The notes beneath the pieces are model-generated. The model made no database searches. It saw only the letters and a program-made list of their open reading frames with translations, and was not told where the DNA came from. A stretch of 62,364 bases of DNA, filler included, from Stramenopiles sp. TOSAG23-2 (Eukaryota), in NCBI GenBank assembly GCA_900128395.1. It is 26 parts of 26 records of this genome, joined end to end, with 100 filler letters (N's around TTAATTAATTAA, not from the genome) between each part and the next. Parts side by side here need not be neighbours in the genome. Positions count along the whole stretch, not along the records: positions 57,696 to 59,981 come from LT651867.1; positions 60,082 to 62,364 come from LT651868.1; 24 more parts are not named here. One strand, 5' to 3'. Position 1 is the stretch's first letter. Every line of letters starts with the position of its first letter. The position numbers and the translations under genes are program-made. Positions 57,751 through 62,364 of this stretch are shown here, one piece after another.

Positions 57751-59745
57751 TCATTGTAATAACATCATCATTGCATGTTTGCAATTTTTAATAGCGATTC
57801 CATTCAATTTTTCTACATTAATTTCACCATCTATGCCATTTTTCTCTTTTGCTTTTATCGTTAAAACAGTCGATTTAAATGCAAATGAAAGTATTTGATT
57901 ATATATATCTTTGTCTTGTAATTGTGGTGACTTTGTACTATTTAAAACGCTTTTACATGCTTTTTGGATGTTTTTTTCATTTAATGTTTTATATGATCTA
58001 ATAGTCGATACACTTCCAATTTGACTATTATTTTTTAATCGTTTAGAATTGCTATTGCGTCTAATTATTTGTTTACTATTCATTTTCTTATTTTGTAACA
58101 TTGGTGAAGTTATCGATTTTCTTTTCTTCATAATAATACTTCGACTATTTTGCAATAGTTTTACATTATTAATATTATTATTATTATTATTACTAGTAGT
58201 AGTAGTGGTGGTGGTGCTGTTGGTAGTAGTAGTAGTAGTATTGCGAACATTATTGATGCTATTGCTATTGCCATTATTCTTGTTTTTATAGCTACTGTTT
58301 TTAATAAATTTTTGATTATTAATAAGATTCTTTTTGACACCACCGCGTTTTCTACGTTCACGACGACGTACACGATCGCGTTCCGTTGCACCGGCTAATG
58401 CAGCTTGTGCCTTGGAAGTGTTTTGCTTCTTTTTACTAGTTGATATGTTTGAAATTTGTTTTTTCTTCGTATCAGATATACCACTAACATTTACAGATGA
58501 TTTTAATACTGTATTATGCATGTTGGTATTAGAATTGTTGCTCTTATTATTATTGTCATCCATCCTATCTGCATTATTATTATTAACGTTTCTTTTGCCA
58601 TTATTCATCTCCATTAATATACGAGTATCTTTGGATGACAATTTGAAACTATTTTTCATACATTTAGATATATGATTTCTAATATTGTCCACCTCCTTCC
58701 CAATATCGATACCATTCTTATTGTCGCCACTAATTTTTGTAATACTATTTGCGTCGCCAAGATATTGTTTCATTCCATCCTTTACTAAATTTCGAATATT
58801 TTCAATATATCTTGTCCATCTAGATGCAATCGATTCGGTGGGATTCATGTCAAAATCTTCTGCCTTCATTGCTTTGAACATAATATTTAATTCCTGTTCT
58901 AATATCAGTGAGTATAAATTATCATTAGAATTATTGTCAATCTCCTTCAGCTTTGCTATCATACCTTTATTCAAATTGATACCATATGACTTTTCCGAGA
59001 CATTTTTTTTCATTAGAGCCTGTAAGTGGTCTGTTAACAGCGAATTTAACATGGAGCTGGCATTATGTCGCAGTTCCTGCTGTAAAAGTCCAGGTGATTC
59101 GAGCAAAATTGCGTATGTTTTGGGGTGATTTTTTTCATTATTAATAGTATTTTTATTTGAATCACTTGGTATTAATACTACATAAACATCTGTTATCGAG
59201 GTAGAAGGGGATTTTTCAAATTTAAATTGCCCACTAAATATTGGACACAATCGTCGATTATGCCATGTATTTATAAACTTTACATTATCATTGATATCAT
59301 CAAAATTGATACTAGCGTTATTGTCGTTGCTATTATCGTTGTTTTTTTTACTATTATTATTATTATTATTAGTGGTGGTGATAGTAGTTGGAGTATTATT
59401 CATTTCAAGTTCAAAAACATACGCGCATTGCATTCCTAATGTACATAAAGATGATTGCAAGGAATCGTATGGTATAATTTGAGATAGCTCCAATTTAGTG
59501 GAAGAAAGTAAACCACGTCGCAAAAATTCTGAATCATGGAAATCGCCTGCTTCTTCCCCTAACTTTAATAGAGACTGACTGTTATTATCCACATTAATAT
59601 TGTTATTCAATAGTATATTTTTCAAAGAATGAGGTTTGATGAACGAAACATTTTCAATAGTACATTTCCCCCCAAAAATCAAGTCCCCATTCCAATACGT
59701 CGATGTTCGTGTTGAAACTGGTTTTGTAGCTGCCTCCTCTGTCAT
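57751..59745 (-). CDS. Hypothetical Asn/Lys-rich protein (664 aa)
   Basis: Complete long ORF; no family recognised. Confidence 0.8.
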   Translation of the reverse strand: MTEEAATKPVSTRTSTYWNGDLIFGGKCTIENVSFIKPHSLKNILLNNNINVDNNSQSLLKLGEEAGDFHDSEFLRRGLLSSTKLELSQIIPYDSLQSSLCTLGMQCAYVFELEMNNTPTTITTTNNNNNNSKKNNDNSNDNNASINFDDINDNVKFINTWHNRRLCPIFSGQFKFEKSPSTSITDVYVVLIPSDSNKNTINNEKNHPKTYAILLESPGLLQQELRHNASSMLNSLLTDHLQALMKKNVSEKSYGINLNKGMIAKLKEIDNNSNDNLYSLILEQELNIMFKAMKAEDFDMNPTESIASRWTRYIENIRNLVKDGMKQYLGDANSITKISGDNKNGIDIGKEVDNIRNHISKCMKNSFKLSSKDTRILMEMNNGKRNVNNNNADRMDDNNNKSNNSNTNMHNTVLKSSVNVSGISDTKKKQISNISTSKKKQNTSKAQAALAGATERDRVRRRERRKRGGVKKNLINNQKFIKNSSYKNKNNGNSNSINNVRNTTTTTTNSTTTTTTTSNNNNNNINNVKLLQNSRSIIMKKRKSITSPMLQNKKMNSKQIIRRNSNSKRLKNNSQIGSVSTIRSYKTLNEKNIQKACKSVLNSTKSPQLQDKDIYNQILSFAFKSTVLTIKAKEKNGIDGEINVEKLNGIAIKNCKHAMMMLLQ

Positions 59746-60674
59746 GTTGTCTTTGAGAAGATAGAATTTTTTGTTTTTGGCAACTTTTATTTCTTCATCC
59801 TGTATTTTCTTTTATACTTTCGGTGTCGTTTGATTTATTTTATTATTTTTTTGAATACCACCTTACGAGGACCCCAGGGGCTGGCCATGTGTGCATGTCA
59901 CACATCAAAAGACCATTTATCCAGGAAAAAAAATTTCCTGTGTGAAAAAATCGTTCATATTTTAAATATTAAGTATATATANNNNNNNNNNNNNNNNNNN
60001 NNNNNNNNNNNNNNNNNNNNNNNNNTTAATTAATTAANNNNNNNNNNNNNNNNNNNNNNNNNNNNNNNNNNNNNNNNNNNNAAAAAATATACGAAAATTT
60101 GTCAGTGAAGTTCGAGGGATGTTAAAAAAAAATTAAGAACGTAGGGAAAAAATCTGTTTTTACTCGTATTAAAATATTAAAATTAATATTTATATTATGA
60201 AGATTCTTCGTGATTATTCATGTCTCCACACAAAGTGTAGCTTCTACTACTAATGTATTAGTACTACTAATACAGCAGGTGTGTATATTACGAATACGTA
60301 ATAAAACTTAATATATATAGTATATGAGTAAGAGAAAATTTTATATACCTATGACCCTGTTTATCTGGGAGAGAGCTTTTCTAGCTTCAGGCTTTCCAGC
60401 TTTCTGGCCCTAAATGGATAAAAAACATATTATTATAGGTAAATATTTCTAGTATACAACTAGTCCGTACTTAGACCAGAGATTTCAACATATTTGAGGG
60501 GAAAAATACATAATTAAAAAATAAAAACAAAAACATGTAAATATTGTACAAATGAAATAATGTGTATTACAGAATATATACTGTATATATATACGCATAT
60601 CCATATTATTCGAAATTGATACATAGAACAATACGTGTCTGTATATATATATATATTATATAGAAAGATACAAC

Positions 60675-61043
60675 ATGCCATATAAACAGCGGTATCGCGA
60701 CGTGGAGGAAAATATAGGTGAAGATGATAATGATTATTATAGTGATGGTGGAGAAGAATTTGACCATTTTAGTGGAGGTTATTTAGCTGAACCTGGTAGT
60801 TCATTGAATACAGGAAAACAAGCATTCTTTTATAATGATATGAATCCACACCATACTAGAGGTGTCTTTATCATATTAGGTCTTGCATTTTGCTTTTTAA
60901 TTTTCCTTGTATTTTCAATTGTGAATGATTTTGATGCTATTGTTAGATTTATGAAAGTACATCATTTAGTACCACCAAAACATCATAGAAATATTTTCCA
61001 TCAAAAACATCATCCATTTGTACCGAGAAGACCACCAATGTAA
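60675..61043 (+). CDS. Small single-pass membrane protein
   Basis: GVFIILGLAFCFLIFLVFSIV helix and a His/Pro-rich tail. Confidence 0.7.
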   Translation: MPYKQRYRDVEENIGEDDNDYYSDGGEEFDHFSGGYLAEPGSSLNTGKQAFFYNDMNPHHTRGVFIILGLAFCFLIFLVFSIVNDFDAIVRFMKVHHLVPPKHHRNIFHQKHHPFVPRRPPM

Positions 61044-61398
61044 AGAATACTGGAATGAGATGCGATGGAAAAAGTCTTTAGTCTTTTTGTACACATGTGT
61101 ATGTATGTTGTATATAAATATAAGCGTTACATGTTTAAATTATATATTGTGTATACAGTTTTATTATATTTAAAACAAAAATGTGTACGAACGCTTCGTA
61201 TATATTGTATATACGAACGTAGTGTACTTTCATTTTCTCCCCCGTAACTTTTACACATCTATATCAATCCCATAAAACTTCTTAGAAGAAGAAAACAATA
61301 TCGTCTTTTTTAATAAATCATCTCTCAAAACAAAAATTAGTTTACATGTTTTTTTATAATCTTTCTATTTTTTGATTTCAATGTACATATATGTTTTA

Positions 61399-61632
61399 CT
61401 AACTCATAGATTTAATAATTGTCTGTTGCGTTTGTACGTATTTATCAAAGCACATTGCTAAACATGTTTCCTCCCGTTTACTTAAAGAACTAGATGGACT
61501 TTTTACACATCCTTCATAACATTTTGCAGTAATAGAATTAACTAACATTTGTGTTTGTTGTTGTGCCATTTGCATTCTTGCTTGTTGCAATGCTTTTTCC
61601 GCAGCTTGATCATCATTATTTCCATACGACAT
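61399..61632 (-). CDS. Mitochondrial small Tim chaperone (Tim13-like)
   Basis: Twin CX3C motif: KCYEGCVKSPSSSLSKREETCLAMCFDKY. Confidence 0.88.
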   Translation of the reverse strand: MSYGNNDDQAAEKALQQARMQMAQQQTQMLVNSITAKCYEGCVKSPSSSLSKREETCLAMCFDKYVQTQQTIIKSMS

Positions 61633-62147
61633 AATTTTTATATATATACGTTTCTTTTGTGTTATCTAATTATATTTTCAACCAATATTTAATATTGTTC
61701 CTTCTTTCTTTCCTTCCTTCTTCATCATAGACTATATATACGGAGAGTATCTATTCATCATTTCCATAAATTATTGGTCCTCATGAATTAAATTAATTTT
61801 TTATTCTTTATTTGTGGAAAAATCGCGATGATGGCGTATTTTTCTGATAGGAATTATCCCATTCGAGTATAAATTAAAATCAGTTTTTCTGATTCGTAAT
61901 TTACCACACAAGTATAAATTAAGTGACATTTGATAGGGCAATTTCCAAATTAAATCTTCATTTCGGATCTTTTTTGTTGCCTTTCTTCCATGTGTGGCTT
62001 TATAGTTTACAAAAATATATATTATAAGTTAAAAGTGAAATATAAGTTCAGTAAGGGAATTGTTTCACTAGCTGTTGGTTGCGTTTGTTGTGGTATAGTA
62101 TTTATCTATCTGGACAACTGTCGTTATCCAGGTCATATCATCATAAA

Positions 62148-62364
62148 ATGACATATAAAAAATTTACAACGATTCAATCAGTAGCAATAATATTAACACT
62201 ATTGTTTAATATTATTATTCATTTTTGCTATGGAGATGAGATGTTTATTAATTGTTCATTAATTAATTCAACATTACCTGCACAACCAAGAAAAATATAT
62301 GCAGCAGGTTCTGGCTTGGATATGTTAAGTCAACCAGATACTATTTCAGAAATTATAGCTCTTA
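62148..62364 (+). CDS. 5' part of a secreted protein (signal peptide; possibly peptidase S51-like)
   Basis: MTYKKFTTIQSVAIILTLLFNIIIHFCYGDE...RKIYAAGSGLDMLSQPDTISEIIAL, open to the window end. Confidence 0.55.
   Translation, partial: MTYKKFTTIQSVAIILTLLFNIIIHFCYGDEMFINCSLINSTLPAQPRKIYAAGSGLDMLSQPDTISEIIAL

Noticed and set aside
2323-60081. Regularly spaced TTAATTAATTAA as a biological repeat, and gene neighbourhoods across it
   Set aside because: It is an artificial linker inside N runs, and the contigs are length-sorted and unrelated, so no operon or cluster inference is valid.
1-62364. tRNA, rRNA or spliceosomal snRNA genes; the many short antisense ORFs in the track
   Set aside because: No diagnostic RNA motifs were recognised by eye. 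The short ORFs are shadows of real genes or low-complexity sequence.

Overview
This window is not a contiguous locus. It is a pseudo-scaffold of 26 unrelated contigs of about 2.3 kb, sorted by decreasing length and joined by 100-nt linkers (N44-TTAATTAATTAA-N44), so adjacency across linkers carries no biological meaning. The DNA comes from an AT-rich, intron-poor, standard-code flagellated eukaryote, most likely a stramenopile. The evidence is a tubular-mastigoneme-like EGF C-terminus, SHIPPO/BART/C2HC ciliary-type genes, poly-Asn tracts and one clear GT-AG intron with an ACTAAC branch point. Recognisable genes include a CaMK-type kinase, a polo-like kinase, a mu-type GST, an MPPED-like phosphoesterase, a SETD9-like protein, ETF-beta, an NDUFA7-like subunit, Xaa-Pro aminopeptidase, a small Tim, a PPPDE-like peptidase, and LRR and ankyrin proteins. 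Duplicated allelic segments, chimeric junctions and homopolymer frameshifts point to single-cell or co-assembly artefacts. The most interesting signals are: (1) an orphan 307-aa gene enclosed by perfect 22-bp inverted repeats, with adjacent hairpins and no target-site duplication; (2) a dispersed repeat family with one fixed end, whose longest copy weakly resembles a decayed TnpB/Fanzor C-terminus followed by a conserved non-coding tail; (3) a fusion of an A20-like zinc finger, a VTD-type deubiquitinase, a pseudo-DSP and a UBA-like domain; (4) a ~50-bp module recurring in upstream regions of six contigs, once as a ~70-bp-period array; and (5) several MITE-like hairpins and enriched 3'-flank motifs. 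All family calls are by eye; no database searches were run.
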